From IMG/VR virus record IMGVR_UViG_3300020049_008107, positions 1 to 64,000 of that record: a stretch of DNA of 64,000 nucleotides, one strand, 5' to 3'. The notes beneath the pieces were generated by a model, which was not told the origin of the DNA, did no database searches, and worked only from the letters and a program-made list of their open reading frames with translations. The position numbers were made by a program, and so were the translations under genes. The DNA comes from a virus (Duplodnaviria > Caudoviricetes). Below, piece by piece: positions 10,291 to 19,629 of this stretch; within the stretch, counting starts at the first letter, position 1, and each line of letters opens with the position of its first letter.

Positions 10291-11331
10291 CTAAAAAGCT
10301 TGTTTCATACTATCGAGGCAAACCTGCATATTTTCCATAAACCACTTGCATGCAATATTATCTGCAGCATTACCAGCAGAAGCATTCCATTTAACAAAGG
10401 GTTCACCAGATACCAAATATGCTTCTTTAACAGTTTTGCCCTTATGGATACCAGAAGCAATAACCGTACTCAAACAGGATTCAACAGTCATACCACTTTG
10501 TTGAGTAGTGTTAACTGGTGTTTCCCAAGGTTGGACTGGTATTTGTCCCTGTGGAGCTTTACCAAGTTGATTGCCAATATTAACTGGCGGTTGACTTGGT
10601 GGAGTCGGCATACCAGTAGTTCCAGTGTGCTTGACACCCCAACCAGAAATATCAATTGGTGGTATTTTACCAGATGCCATTTCCTGTTCTTTTACAGCCC
10701 AATAGACTACTGGATCAATACCAGTCTTCATATTGTATTCCTCGCGAGACAACTTCCAATCAAGTTCTTGAAGTGGCTTGTGAGTTGCCTGCTGAGTTAA
10801 TTGCTGCCAATCAGCCGGAAGAGGCAAAACATCAATCCGATAATCAGACTTGTCGCCTTTACCAATTCTACTAACGCGAATACAATTAGTGAAACCAGTT
10901 GGATTTTGATTGTAAAGGAAATCAAGTTGTTGCAACTGTTTAAAACCAACAATCCAATACATGGTTTGATTGGTGTCAAGTCTTAAAACCGGAACAATCT
11001 GATATTTACCAATTCCATAGGGTAGCTTCTTACCTTCAGCTTTGTAATTTGGAAACCTAGCCTTGAATAGCTCATTTTCGAATGCAATTGGACAAGCCAT
11101 TTCGAAGTTGGTACTAACAAGAGTCACAAAATTCTTTGCACCCTTATATTTGTGTACCCAACGAACTGATGGTTTAGTCCAAGTATGTGTTTTGTCTTGT
11201 GCACCAGTAAGTAAAATCAGGTTTACCGATGAATCCGGAAGGAAATTGATTAAATCAATGCCTTGCTTGTATGGGTAGAAGGGCTTTTGTTGCCCTCCAC
11301 CTTCACTTTCTTCTTCATTACCCCAACCCAT
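10291..11331 (-). CDS. single-stranded DNA-binding protein (gp32-like OB fold) with Pro/Gln-rich linker
   Basis: 346 aa; aromatic-rich N-terminal domain, RIGKGDKSDYRI strand motif; adjacent to recA. Confidence 0.55.
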   Translation of the reverse strand: MGWGNEEESEGGGQQKPFYPYKQGIDLINFLPDSSVNLILLTGAQDKTHTWTKPSVRWVHKYKGAKNFVTLVSTNFEMACPIAFENELFKARFPNYKAEGKKLPYGIGKYQIVPVLRLDTNQTMYWIVGFKQLQQLDFLYNQNPTGFTNCIRVSRIGKGDKSDYRIDVLPLPADWQQLTQQATHKPLQELDWKLSREEYNMKTGIDPVVYWAVKEQEMASGKIPPIDISGWGVKHTGTTGMPTPPSQPPVNIGNQLGKAPQGQIPVQPWETPVNTTQQSGMTVESCLSTVIASGIHKGKTVKEAYLVSGEPFVKWNASAGNAADNIACKWFMENMQVCLDSMKQAF

Positions 11332-11334
11332 TTC

Positions 11335-11568
11335 TTAACCTTCCTTTGGGGTTTCTGCTACCACTGATTTCATAAGAGCTTCGATTTCGGTCTTGTCTTG
11401 GCTGTAAATGTTGATACCAGCAACAAAATCAGTGCCATCAATCTTGACATTTCCCTGAGTACTTGCGATGGTGACTGATTTTTTACTACCAGAAAGTCCA
11501 TGTCTTTGAGAAAGATCAACTTTAATGGTAAGCTCGTTACCAACTACTGTCATTACACAATTTTTCAT
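11335..11568 (-). CDS. conserved phage hypothetical protein
   Basis: 77 aa; LTIKVDLSQRHGLSGSKKSVTIASTQGN; AGGAG RBS. Confidence 0.7.
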   Translation of the reverse strand: MKNCVMTVVGNELTIKVDLSQRHGLSGSKKSVTIASTQGNVKIDGTDFVAGINIYSQDKTEIEALMKSVVAETPKEG

Positions 11569-11603
11569 TCTTTTTAATCTCCTTAGGATTACTTGAATTT
11601 GTT

Positions 11604-12638
11604 TTAATATCGTACTAGGTCATCTACTGCATTTACAGACCAGTAGCATTTTAAGTTACCAGAAGCCATCAAATTGGCAACAATGAATTCCCTAGCTTTT
11701 TGGTTAAGCTCATGCAGATGAATGGCTTTTTCATTTTCCTTACCAAGATAGTTAAGGAACGTAAAGCAGGGGATTGTCACCCCATTTTGCTCGCATGAAC
11801 GACGATACAGCTCCATATCCCAAGAACCTATTCTTCTTTGTCTCTTTGTTACCGTTGTGATTTCTCGAAGATCAGAATAGCCGGACATTTCGGAAACGCG
11901 TTCCCAAGAAAGCTCTTGGTACATTCCACCACTCTCACCAGCAACGCGAATAGGGAAGGTGCGAAATACACCATACACATCGCGAACTTGTGACCAAGGA
12001 AGTTGAGCATAAGAAAGGAATGCTTGAGTGGTGGTGTCCCTAGAAGTCGTTTTGGGATAATGAGCACCAAGTACTGACAAACCAAATCCCTGACTTCCTT
12101 CAAGTAGAACTGTCCTACCATAGTGCATATGGATATCTAATACACAATACCTAGAAAGTTCTGGTACATCTTTAACAATGGTAGCTTTTCTTAATGCTCT
12201 CATACTAAGGGCAGCACCGATACCCTCCTGTGTTGAACCAGTAGACTGCCAAGGAAGGTGTTCCTTTTCCCATTCTTCGTTTTCATGGGTAATTACAGTT
12301 GCAAATGCCGAAATATACAATCTGTTCTTGATAGGAATACCAAGAGATTCTAGCATGCCAATTTCATCAATTAGAATCTTTGGATTGATAATTGCACCAG
12401 CACCAATACAGATGATAGCATCAAAATCAGTAATTGCTCCAGATGGGATATGTCTAGTAACCACTTGTTGCATGAAATTATCGTCTCCATCAAATAGTGG
12501 AGCGGTATGCCCCGCTTGAGCGGAATTTACACTAATAATAGTATCATACTTATTAATCTTAGCTAGTTTTGCCGCTACTAGCCCTTTACCCTCTGAACCA
12601 TATTGCCCACCAATTACTACATCTATAGTACGTTTCAT
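11604..12638 (-). CDS. purZ: PurZ-type adenylosuccinate synthetase homologue (candidate 2-amino-deoxyadenylosuccinate synthetase)
   Basis: 344 aa short PurA fold: GGQYGSEGKG (Ser at the PurA catalytic Asp position), AGHT, GSTQEGIG, EGSQG, TFPIRVAG, TTVTKRQRR, FTFLNYL. Confidence 0.8.
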   Translation of the reverse strand: MKRTIDVVIGGQYGSEGKGLVAAKLAKINKYDTIISVNSAQAGHTAPLFDGDDNFMQQVVTRHIPSGAITDFDAIICIGAGAIINPKILIDEIGMLESLGIPIKNRLYISAFATVITHENEEWEKEHLPWQSTGSTQEGIGAALSMRALRKATIVKDVPELSRYCVLDIHMHYGRTVLLEGSQGFGLSVLGAHYPKTTSRDTTTQAFLSYAQLPWSQVRDVYGVFRTFPIRVAGESGGMYQELSWERVSEMSGYSDLREITTVTKRQRRIGSWDMELYRRSCEQNGVTIPCFTFLNYLGKENEKAIHLHELNQKAREFIVANLMASGNLKCYWSVNAVDDLVRY

Positions 12639-12754
12639 CTTTGTCTTACCTCTTACCTTTATTTCAGGTAAAATGGTATCGACTATTTCGGTGTTCCGTT
12701 CATTGCATATATCCCAAAAAAGGAAAAAATTTGTAGTTTCATTGGATTATTGGA

Positions 12755-12813
12755 GTTTCGAGCCACCCACCCTGCCTGTCTTGAACCCTTAAGAAAGGTT
12801 TCGAGCCACCCAC
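12755..12813. repeat. two exact 16-bp direct repeats GTTTCGAGCCACCCAC
   Basis: Copies at 12755-12770 and 12798-12813 in the intergenic region upstream of purZ. Confidence 0.9.
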
Positions 12814-12848
12814 TCACTCATATCGTAGAATCGAAAGAGCAAGTGAGC

Positions 12849-13604
12849 TTACGAGTGTGACTGGTTGTGTCTGATTACTAAATTCTGTAAGAATGGCTTA
12901 AGAGTTGACTCGATGTCATTCGCTATCTTACCAAAAAGTGAAAGCTCTTTGCAAACCTCTTTAATTGGCTTTTTATCAGTAATGGCAATGGTAGCTATCT
13001 TTTTTTCAATAGCTTTTAGTGGTGATGACTTAATAGAAGCGCATAGTCTATTAATTAAATCGTTCATTTCAGTTTCTTGTTCAAATTTAGCTTGAACCGA
13101 AAATTTAGCCATGGTTTGATCTATGGCGAATGCAACCGTTTTTTCCTTACTAACGAATGAGCCAATCTTAACTGTATTCAAATCAATGTCCTTCTTTTGG
13201 GATAGTTTTTTGGGTGTGATATAGTTGGTGTATTTTACCTTACATTCTGGACAGCCATTCTCAGTGTTCTTGTGGGTATAAGAGAATACAGTGTTGCATT
13301 CATCACATTGGTAAAATAACTTTTGACTTGATACCGCTCTATAATAGTCTAGAGTAGCACCATAACCACGTCTTGCACAAAAAGCAAGCGGATTACCAAC
13401 ATCAAGTTTAGCTCTTCCAAGTGCATTGTACGCAGCGATAAGAAATGCAGACTTAATCTCATCTTGGTCATAGAGGTAATTGTGGTTTTGATGTGGTTTG
13501 AAGAACTTTAGTAGTTCTTTGGTAATGTGTGATTGTTCAGATAAAGTAGGGTTTTGCCCTTTTTGTATCTTAATGATTATTTTGTTTGTTAGTGTTTGTT
13601 CCAT
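12849..13604 (-). CDS. sigma-factor-like protein with zinc-ribbon insertion
   Basis: 251 aa; region 2-like DEIKSAFLIAAYNAL...GATLDYYR, CDEC...CPEC, C-terminal HTH-like PIKEVCKELSL. Confidence 0.55.
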   Translation of the reverse strand: MEQTLTNKIIIKIQKGQNPTLSEQSHITKELLKFFKPHQNHNYLYDQDEIKSAFLIAAYNALGRAKLDVGNPLAFCARRGYGATLDYYRAVSSQKLFYQCDECNTVFSYTHKNTENGCPECKVKYTNYITPKKLSQKKDIDLNTVKIGSFVSKEKTVAFAIDQTMAKFSVQAKFEQETEMNDLINRLCASIKSSPLKAIEKKIATIAITDKKPIKEVCKELSLFGKIANDIESTLKPFLQNLVIRHNQSHS

Positions 13605-13700
13605 GTTAAATTCCTTTTTATTGTTTTATCGAGGTATTGTTAGTATCCTCTTTTGTCATTTTCTCATGGGGTACTTTCCTTGTCAAGCACTTTTTAGGTT
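13605..13700 (-). promoter_or_regulatory. repeated sigma70-type promoter cassette, copy 2 (type B)
   Basis: TTGACA (13681-13686), 17 bp spacer, GAAAAT; near-identical to 59405-59500. Confidence 0.8.
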
Positions 13701-13883
13701 GAATATAGACTGGTTGTTTATATTGCTTAGAGCAACTATCACTGCTTGCTTTAAATTGTCATTACTAGTAATAGCATTGAGCAATAAATCATACTTACCA
13801 GTAACATTGTATGCAAGTTCTTTGTTTTTAGCTATGCGCTCGATAAAAGCGTCAAAACCAAGAATTTCTATCATGTCAGACAT
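13683..13883 (-). CDS. hypothetical protein
   Basis: 66 aa; preceded by CGATAATA-N4. Confidence 0.6.
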   Translation of the reverse strand: MSDMIEILGFDAFIERIAKNKELAYNVTGKYDLLLNAITSNDNLKQAVIVALSNINNQSIFNLKSA

Positions 13884-13902
13884 AAACTATTATCGTGTTT
13901 TA

Positions 13903-15351
13903 TTAAGGTATATATGTTCCAACAAATTCATACATTTCATATATGACAGCTTCAGGTCTTGTTACATTGTCAATGCGACCACCAGAGTCACCAAATGATT
14001 TATTTGTGGCTGTTGTTGTTGCGGTACTAATTGAACCTGATATTGTATGTGTATGTGTTTCTTCTAACACTAAAGTGTCGGCATTTTTTGATACTGATGT
14101 ATAACCTTCTGTAGCTTCAACTCCTTCAGAGGCAGCCATTTTATAGCTATTGCTACCACCACCATAACTTCCATCTCTAGCAACTGGAACCTCTCCTGGT
14201 GTGGGGGATGTATCTAATTCTGTTGGGGATATTAAATCGCCAAACATATGGTGTCTATGTCTACCTGCAGCACCAGTACTACCACCACTAATACTACCAC
14301 TATGGTCATGAGTATTTTGTAATATGGTTATATCTTGTAATGAATCTGGTATCCTAAAACCATAAGCATATTTAAAATCTTTAGCTGAAACTATTGAACG
14401 CCCTTCAATTTTATAGTGTCTTGCTTTAGTTGGCTGACCAGCTATTCTATGGTGGTAAATGCGCATAGTACCAACACCAGCAGAGGCAGTGACAGTAGAA
14501 GGGAAAGTTAATGTCCTATTTAATAAATCTATACCAGTTATTGAATAATCTCCAGCAACTATATTTCCAATTAAATTGTCAATAGTTAAACATTTCCAAG
14601 TTGTGAAACCACCATTTATATCTTTGTCATAATTCAACATTAACAATAGTAGATCAGTAACAGCGTTTGTTTGTAGTTGTATTGTTACTTCAGAACCATT
14701 AGCTGTATACCCAGTAACTGGAAATACAGTTGTACCATCTATATTAACTAGAATTGATTGTAAATATGGTACATAGTCAGGATAAATGCTTGAATCTAAA
14801 TCAACATTTGCTGATTTTAAGTTGAAATATGGAAAACTTGTTGAAATTGGTATGAGTTTCCTTAAAAATAGTGGTTCTCCTACTTGTTTAATTGATGCCT
14901 CTATTAGATCAAGTCTTTCAGCCATAGTACGCATACGTACATACGGTTGATTAACTAGGTCTACAGGAAATTCCTTAAACAAAACCGCTTGAGTAGGACT
15001 AATTATTGATTGTACACATCTGTATACACCACCAGCAAGACCTATCCAATCGCCATCATTTAGTTTAGAAAAATCAGTACCAACACCGGTTACTTGAGTT
15101 CCAATAGTTGATATTAATCCAAGTAATGGAATGTCTTTACCATTAATTTTGGTTGCGCCATGTCTTCTATTCTTTTCACCCATCAATTTCTTGATACCGA
15201 ATAGTTCCCTTGACATTATTCCAAGAGTTTGATTAGAACCAGGCAGTGTGGCATACAATTCGTCACCATCACCATCGAAAGGATAATCAACATTATCCAA
15301 ATCTTGTAATGCATCTGATTCGTTAGTTTGGTCTAGTACTGAAAATGACAT
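13903..15351 (-). CDS. baseplate-associated tail fibre / collar protein
   Basis: 482 aa; downstream of the wedge genes; C-terminal HDHSGSISG...HRHH...ETHTHTISG repeats typical of fibre tips. Confidence 0.65.
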   Translation of the reverse strand: MSFSVLDQTNESDALQDLDNVDYPFDGDGDELYATLPGSNQTLGIMSRELFGIKKLMGEKNRRHGATKINGKDIPLLGLISTIGTQVTGVGTDFSKLNDGDWIGLAGGVYRCVQSIISPTQAVLFKEFPVDLVNQPYVRMRTMAERLDLIEASIKQVGEPLFLRKLIPISTSFPYFNLKSANVDLDSSIYPDYVPYLQSILVNIDGTTVFPVTGYTANGSEVTIQLQTNAVTDLLLLMLNYDKDINGGFTTWKCLTIDNLIGNIVAGDYSITGIDLLNRTLTFPSTVTASAGVGTMRIYHHRIAGQPTKARHYKIEGRSIVSAKDFKYAYGFRIPDSLQDITILQNTHDHSGSISGGSTGAAGRHRHHMFGDLISPTELDTSPTPGEVPVARDGSYGGGSNSYKMAASEGVEATEGYTSVSKNADTLVLEETHTHTISGSISTATTTATNKSFGDSGGRIDNVTRPEAVIYEMYEFVGTYIP

Positions 15352-15947
15352 TATAATTTACCTGCCTTTTTAAAAGTATAAATATCTGGTGCTGTTGAAT
15401 ATAAAACTTTGTTGCCTATATACACATTGAAATATGCTGGCTTAAATGGTCTCAATTTTTCTATTAACCACAAAACTTGTGTTAAATTTGGTGTAATATC
15501 TAAATTAATGTATACAGTTCCAGGTATTTTACCAGTTATCACTCCACCACCAAAGCCACTAAGTAAATCACTACCAGCAATGACAGATTGTGCAACTATA
15601 AATGGAGTTTGAACTATAGAACCGTCATATATACTAGAATCACCACCTAGATAATCATCTATAATTGGTTTCCACACCTCTTTAAAAGAACCATATATTT
15701 TGTGGATGTGCATAGCAGAAGCTGTACTTTTGCGTATGTCATCTTTAGTATCATATTTTGATATATAAGTGGCTACTAAAGCCGAAGATTCTAATGGAAA
15801 TTCTGTTTCTTCTGGTATAAATAGTGTAGTTAGTTTTAAAATTCGAGATAGATAGTAACTATATTGGTCTTTTACAAAAGCTATCAAAGATATATACCTT
15901 TGGTCTGTTAAAAATTGCTCTGGTATTAGTGAATCTAATTTGATCAT
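15351..15947 (-). CDS. baseplate wedge protein (P2 gpI-like)
   Basis: 198 aa; follows the J-like gene; ends LIEKLRPFKPAYFNVYI. Confidence 0.55.
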   Translation of the reverse strand: MIKLDSLIPEQFLTDQRYISLIAFVKDQYSYYLSRILKLTTLFIPEETEFPLESSALVATYISKYDTKDDIRKSTASAMHIHKIYGSFKEVWKPIIDDYLGGDSSIYDGSIVQTPFIVAQSVIAGSDLLSGFGGGVITGKIPGTVYINLDITPNLTQVLWLIEKLRPFKPAYFNVYIGNKVLYSTAPDIYTFKKAGKL

Positions 15948-17464
15948 AAATAGTTAACTGATATAGCACTTGGTTTAGTTATATAACCAGCTAGTATGTT
16001 TATTGGTGCACTTGGATTAGATACTTCTATATAGTCTATTCCACTTACATATCCCTGCACAGCTGAAATTATGTCCTGTGGTTGAAATCTTTGACCAAAT
16101 GTTTGAAATGGAATATTGGACAACAGTTTAATTAATTGAGCTTTATCTTCAATAGTATTGAAAGTATATGGTATTAATGTTGAAAATACGTTGTTCAATA
16201 ATGAAACAACATTTTCGAAACTACTTGATAGGTAAGTGTCATTTATATACTGCCCTATCTCAGATACCCTAAGGGCAATAGCTAGCAATATAAACTTGTC
16301 GACCATTTCTAGTGTATACCCGTTTAGCAATTTGACATTTATTGACGTAGAAACCAAATAGTAATTTGGGTTACGCATATTAATGGTTACATTTTCAAGT
16401 AGTGTTGCATTTATTAATACATCATACACAGCATCTTTTAAAGCTGGAGATGGAAAACCACCACCAATTGGTATTATGAATACATCAACAGTTAATGTTC
16501 CAGTCTTAACTATTTGTACAACAGCTATACCACTAATTCTCAAAGCCAAGGCTACTCCAGAATCATTGTTGATAAAATGTTCGTTAGCTCGTACTGTTAG
16601 CTCAGAATTGGCTTTGGCTGATGCTATTGATTCAGCATCTTGACCACCTTGTGTTTGTGATGGGTTATTGCATGTAAGTAGGTTAGTATCACTACCAATG
16701 TATTCTGTAATGGCATTTGGCTTTACTATGCTAATTATCCCACCACCAACAGCACAGTTTAGATAGATAGACAATCCACTAGCCGGAATAAACCCCTTCT
16801 GAACTAGGTCATTAGTGATACCACCAAATTTAATATAACTAGTACCATCCGATCTAAAATATAGTTTGTAGTGGTAATCAGTGGATTTTGAGTTAACCAA
16901 AGTAAATACCCTAGTATATTGGTTGCCATCAATTTCTAGTTTAATTGTTTCAGGTAATATGTCTGTAAATGGTAAATCAACAACTTGCCAACTTGAGTTA
17001 TCAGTTGTTCCAATTATTGTTTCAAGTTGTGTTTCCTGTTGAAATACTTCAACAGTTGCGGTGCTAAATCCCATTGGGATTGTTAAATCAGTCCTTGCTT
17101 CGAAAGTGAGTGGATTGCTGGAGTTTTTCGCTCTAAAAATGAGTTGGTCTTTGGTAATTGTATAACTTGAGCTTGCTGTAGCTGTTGGATTTATTGATAT
17201 ATCAAGTATAGTTGAACTGGTTTTTTTCCAATTCATCTGATAATCAACCAAGTTAAGTAATTCCTGTAGTTCTGGTCTACTAAATGCCTGACCTTTTAAT
17301 AAACTATTAGCTACTATGTTAATTGTATTATTAAGTACATCAAATGGAGCACATACCATATTAATTACATGTTCAGGCAATTCTGCCAATTCTGGATCGG
17401 CTAATAATTGTTGTCTTAATGATAAGTAATCTCTTGTAGAGTATGATATTAATGATTGGTTCAT
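15944..17464 (-). CDS. baseplate wedge protein (gpJ / T4 gp6-like)
   Basis: 506 aa; YSTRDYLSLRQQL, GGQDAESIASAK and VDVFIIP motifs; follows the gp25-like gene. Confidence 0.85.
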   Translation of the reverse strand: MNQSLISYSTRDYLSLRQQLLADPELAELPEHVINMVCAPFDVLNNTINIVANSLLKGQAFSRPELQELLNLVDYQMNWKKTSSTILDISINPTATASSSYTITKDQLIFRAKNSSNPLTFEARTDLTIPMGFSTATVEVFQQETQLETIIGTTDNSSWQVVDLPFTDILPETIKLEIDGNQYTRVFTLVNSKSTDYHYKLYFRSDGTSYIKFGGITNDLVQKGFIPASGLSIYLNCAVGGGIISIVKPNAITEYIGSDTNLLTCNNPSQTQGGQDAESIASAKANSELTVRANEHFINNDSGVALALRISGIAVVQIVKTGTLTVDVFIIPIGGGFPSPALKDAVYDVLINATLLENVTINMRNPNYYLVSTSINVKLLNGYTLEMVDKFILLAIALRVSEIGQYINDTYLSSSFENVVSLLNNVFSTLIPYTFNTIEDKAQLIKLLSNIPFQTFGQRFQPQDIISAVQGYVSGIDYIEVSNPSAPINILAGYITKPSAISVNYL

Positions 17465-17844
17465 TGTGTCTCTATGGTATTAGAATTTAAATCTTTTAAT
17501 TGTGTGTATAATACTTTAGCTAATAAATCACCAGTGCCAGTCTCAGACATGTCGTATTCTATATTATTATAGTCAATGGCAACTCTTCTTTCAGCTACTA
17601 AATTTGAAACGCTATCATTATAGAGCTGTATTGACTCTATTATACTAACCGATATCTCAACGTCTCTTTGTAGTGTCAAAGGTCTGTTTTCTTTTATTAC
17701 ACTACCCAATGCCCTTGAATATGGAATTGATTCTTTTGGAGTAGTTACATAAAATAGTACATCTCCGGCAATCTCTCTATCAACATTTTGACCACGATTA
17801 ACTATATTGTCAAAAGATGTAAGCTCATCGATAGTAAAGGACAT
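17461..17844 (-). CDS. baseplate wedge / sheath initiator (gp25-like)
   Basis: 127 aa; TPKESIPYSRALGS resembles gp25 family; position in the baseplate cluster. Confidence 0.7.
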   Translation of the reverse strand: MSFTIDELTSFDNIVNRGQNVDREIAGDVLFYVTTPKESIPYSRALGSVIKENRPLTLQRDVEISVSIIESIQLYNDSVSNLVAERRVAIDYNNIEYDMSETGTGDLLAKVLYTQLKDLNSNTIETQ

Positions 17845-17869
17845 ACAAATAAATAACTAGGACAAATAT

Positions 17870-18034
17870 ATGAACCCATTTTTGAAATATCTACCAATAG
17901 TACTACTTGCTGCATCATATATAGATGAATTCGCACCAGCAAAACCAAAGAAAACACAATATAAATCAGTCAAAAGAAGTAGGTCTGTCAAGAAAATGAA
18001 TAGAGGTAAAAAGAGGAAACATGGCAGGAAGTAA
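17870..18034 (+). CDS. small basic hypothetical protein (absent from ORF track)
   Basis: Translated by hand, 54 aa: MNPFLKYLPIVLL...RGKKRKHGRK; first gene of a plus-strand island. Confidence 0.5.
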   Translation: MNPFLKYLPIVLLAASYIDEFAPAKPKKTQYKSVKRSRSVKKMNRGKKRKHGRK

Positions 18035-18356
18035 CTTTACTGATGATGAACCAGTTTCGCACACTTGTGGTGATATAGACAAAATACTTAAGGAGTTGTC
18101 TTCACACAATAGGGAATTGTGCGACAATTGTGAGTCTATTGATGTAAATGGTGAACTTGAAGACCTTAGAACAGCTAATTCAACACTTAGAGATTGGGGT
18201 AATTATTGGGTAAAGAAATGTCAAGACCTCGGAAAAGAGAAAGATGATGAAATTAAAGACCTAACCACTAAAGTAGACGAACAGAAAGACCAAATTTATG
18301 ACCTAAAGAAGGAGATTGAATCTTTACAAAAAGAGGTTGATAATTTTGAAGAATAA
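18021..18356 (+). CDS. coiled-coil hypothetical protein
   Basis: 111 aa; AGAGG RBS. Confidence 0.7.
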   Translation: MAGSNFTDDEPVSHTCGDIDKILKELSSHNRELCDNCESIDVNGELEDLRTANSTLRDWGNYWVKKCQDLGKEKDDEIKDLTTKVDEQKDQIYDLKKEIESLQKEVDNFEE

Positions 18357-18642
18357 GAAAATTTATGTTTGGAAAACAAAAGGTGGTGTAGAGATTCCTA
18401 TTACTGAAATGACCACCACTCATCTACAAAATGCTATCAAGTTTATGAAATCAAGAGAGGAAAGCTTTAAAGCGGCAACCATAGCAGTATCTGAAACTAC
18501 GGCTAATTTTCTTCAAGGTGATCATGCTATAATGGATAGTGAATCATTTATACAAATGGAATATGAAAAACCAGCAAGGTATTTCTTGCCAAAAATCTAC
18601 AGGGCTATGGTTAGAGAACTAAATAGAAGGAATAAAAAATGA
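18316..18642 (+). CDS. phage hypothetical protein
   Basis: WKTKGGVEIPITEMTTTHLQNAI motif; start uncertain. Confidence 0.6.
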   Translation: MNLYKKRLIILKNKKIYVWKTKGGVEIPITEMTTTHLQNAIKFMKSREESFKAATIAVSETTANFLQGDHAIMDSESFIQMEYEKPARYFLPKIYRAMVRELNRRNKK

Positions 18643-18805
18643 TGTACATATCATTCTATATTAAAAATGATTTTATTGATTCTAGGTTACTAAAATACGT
18701 ACCAAGATTAAATGAGGCTGTTTGGTTAAGAGGAATCAAATATAGTGTTGTAGAGGTTGCCCATCTTATAGATCATGATGGTATCAGAATACAACTACAA
18801 AGAAA

Positions 18806-19012
18806 TTAAACTAGATTACCCTGTGCCGTAGTTGCACCAGATTGTGCTACAGCAGTTCCAGTTGTTGAAACTGGTATTCCAATTTGAACTTTATAACTAC
18901 TAATAAATGCCTCTATTGCGTCTGCTATTTCTGTCGCTTTTACCGCATGGGATTTACCAGAAAGGTCACTGAATATTGTTGTTAGTGTTGTTACAAAAGT
19001 TGGTTTATCCAT
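18806..19012 (-). CDS. small baseplate or spike-associated protein
   Basis: 68 aa; coupled to the spike gene. Confidence 0.55.
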   Translation of the reverse strand: MDKPTFVTTLTTIFSDLSGKSHAVKATEIADAIEAFISSYKVQIGIPVSTTGTAVAQSGATTAQGNLV

Positions 19013-19629
19013 TAGTTGTTGGTGTTATTCTCCGAAAGAATGTTATTAAGCCTACTTGCTATTGCTGTAAACTGTGTATTATTATTTGGTACACCAGTTG
19101 TTCCAGCTGGACTATTAACCGTTATTGCTTTTATTGCATCTATTAGATCACTAAGTATTTGTTTTAGAGTCTCTCCAAGTACCGTTTTTTCTACTGTAGC
19201 AGTACCGTTTTTTATTTCAAATTTGGAAGTGGTTGAATTGTAGATTATTGAGAACGTTCCAGATTCAAATATAACATACTTGTTCAAATCGCCATTTTTA
19301 GAAGTGTAGGTTAGTGGATCAAGCCCAATCCACCTTGCATTAGAATAGTTACCCTCTTTAAAGTAGAATTCTACGTACTGACCAACTTTTACTGGAATAA
19401 ACGATTGTACTATTGTTGCTGGTCTTGCTGGAATCCATGTTAATTTATCATCCTCTTTAGCATTTAACTCTTCAACATAAAGCTTAGCAATCATGTCTTT
19501 GTCAATAGCCATTACCTTGCCAGTATAGTGCCTGTAATAAACAAGCATATCAAAGACTATGGATTCTACAGCAGTAACAAAGTCATCAGGATTGAGCTTG
19601 CGTCTTTGACCAACATTTAATTCTGGCAT
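19012..19629 (-). CDS. baseplate central spike (gpV / gp5 OB-fold)
   Basis: 205 aa; YRHYTGKV...FIPVKVGQYVEFYFKEGNYSNARWIG; C-terminal VLGETLKQ...SPAGTTGVP. Confidence 0.75.
   Translation of the reverse strand: MPELNVGQRRKLNPDDFVTAVESIVFDMLVYYRHYTGKVMAIDKDMIAKLYVEELNAKEDDKLTWIPARPATIVQSFIPVKVGQYVEFYFKEGNYSNARWIGLDPLTYTSKNGDLNKYVIFESGTFSIIYNSTTSKFEIKNGTATVEKTVLGETLKQILSDLIDAIKAITVNSPAGTTGVPNNNTQFTAIASRLNNILSENNTNN

Noticed and set aside
11604-12638. Ordinary purA auxiliary metabolic gene
   Set aside because: The catalytic Asp is replaced by Ser and the TKLD site is altered, which fits PurZ better; final assignment still needs an assay.
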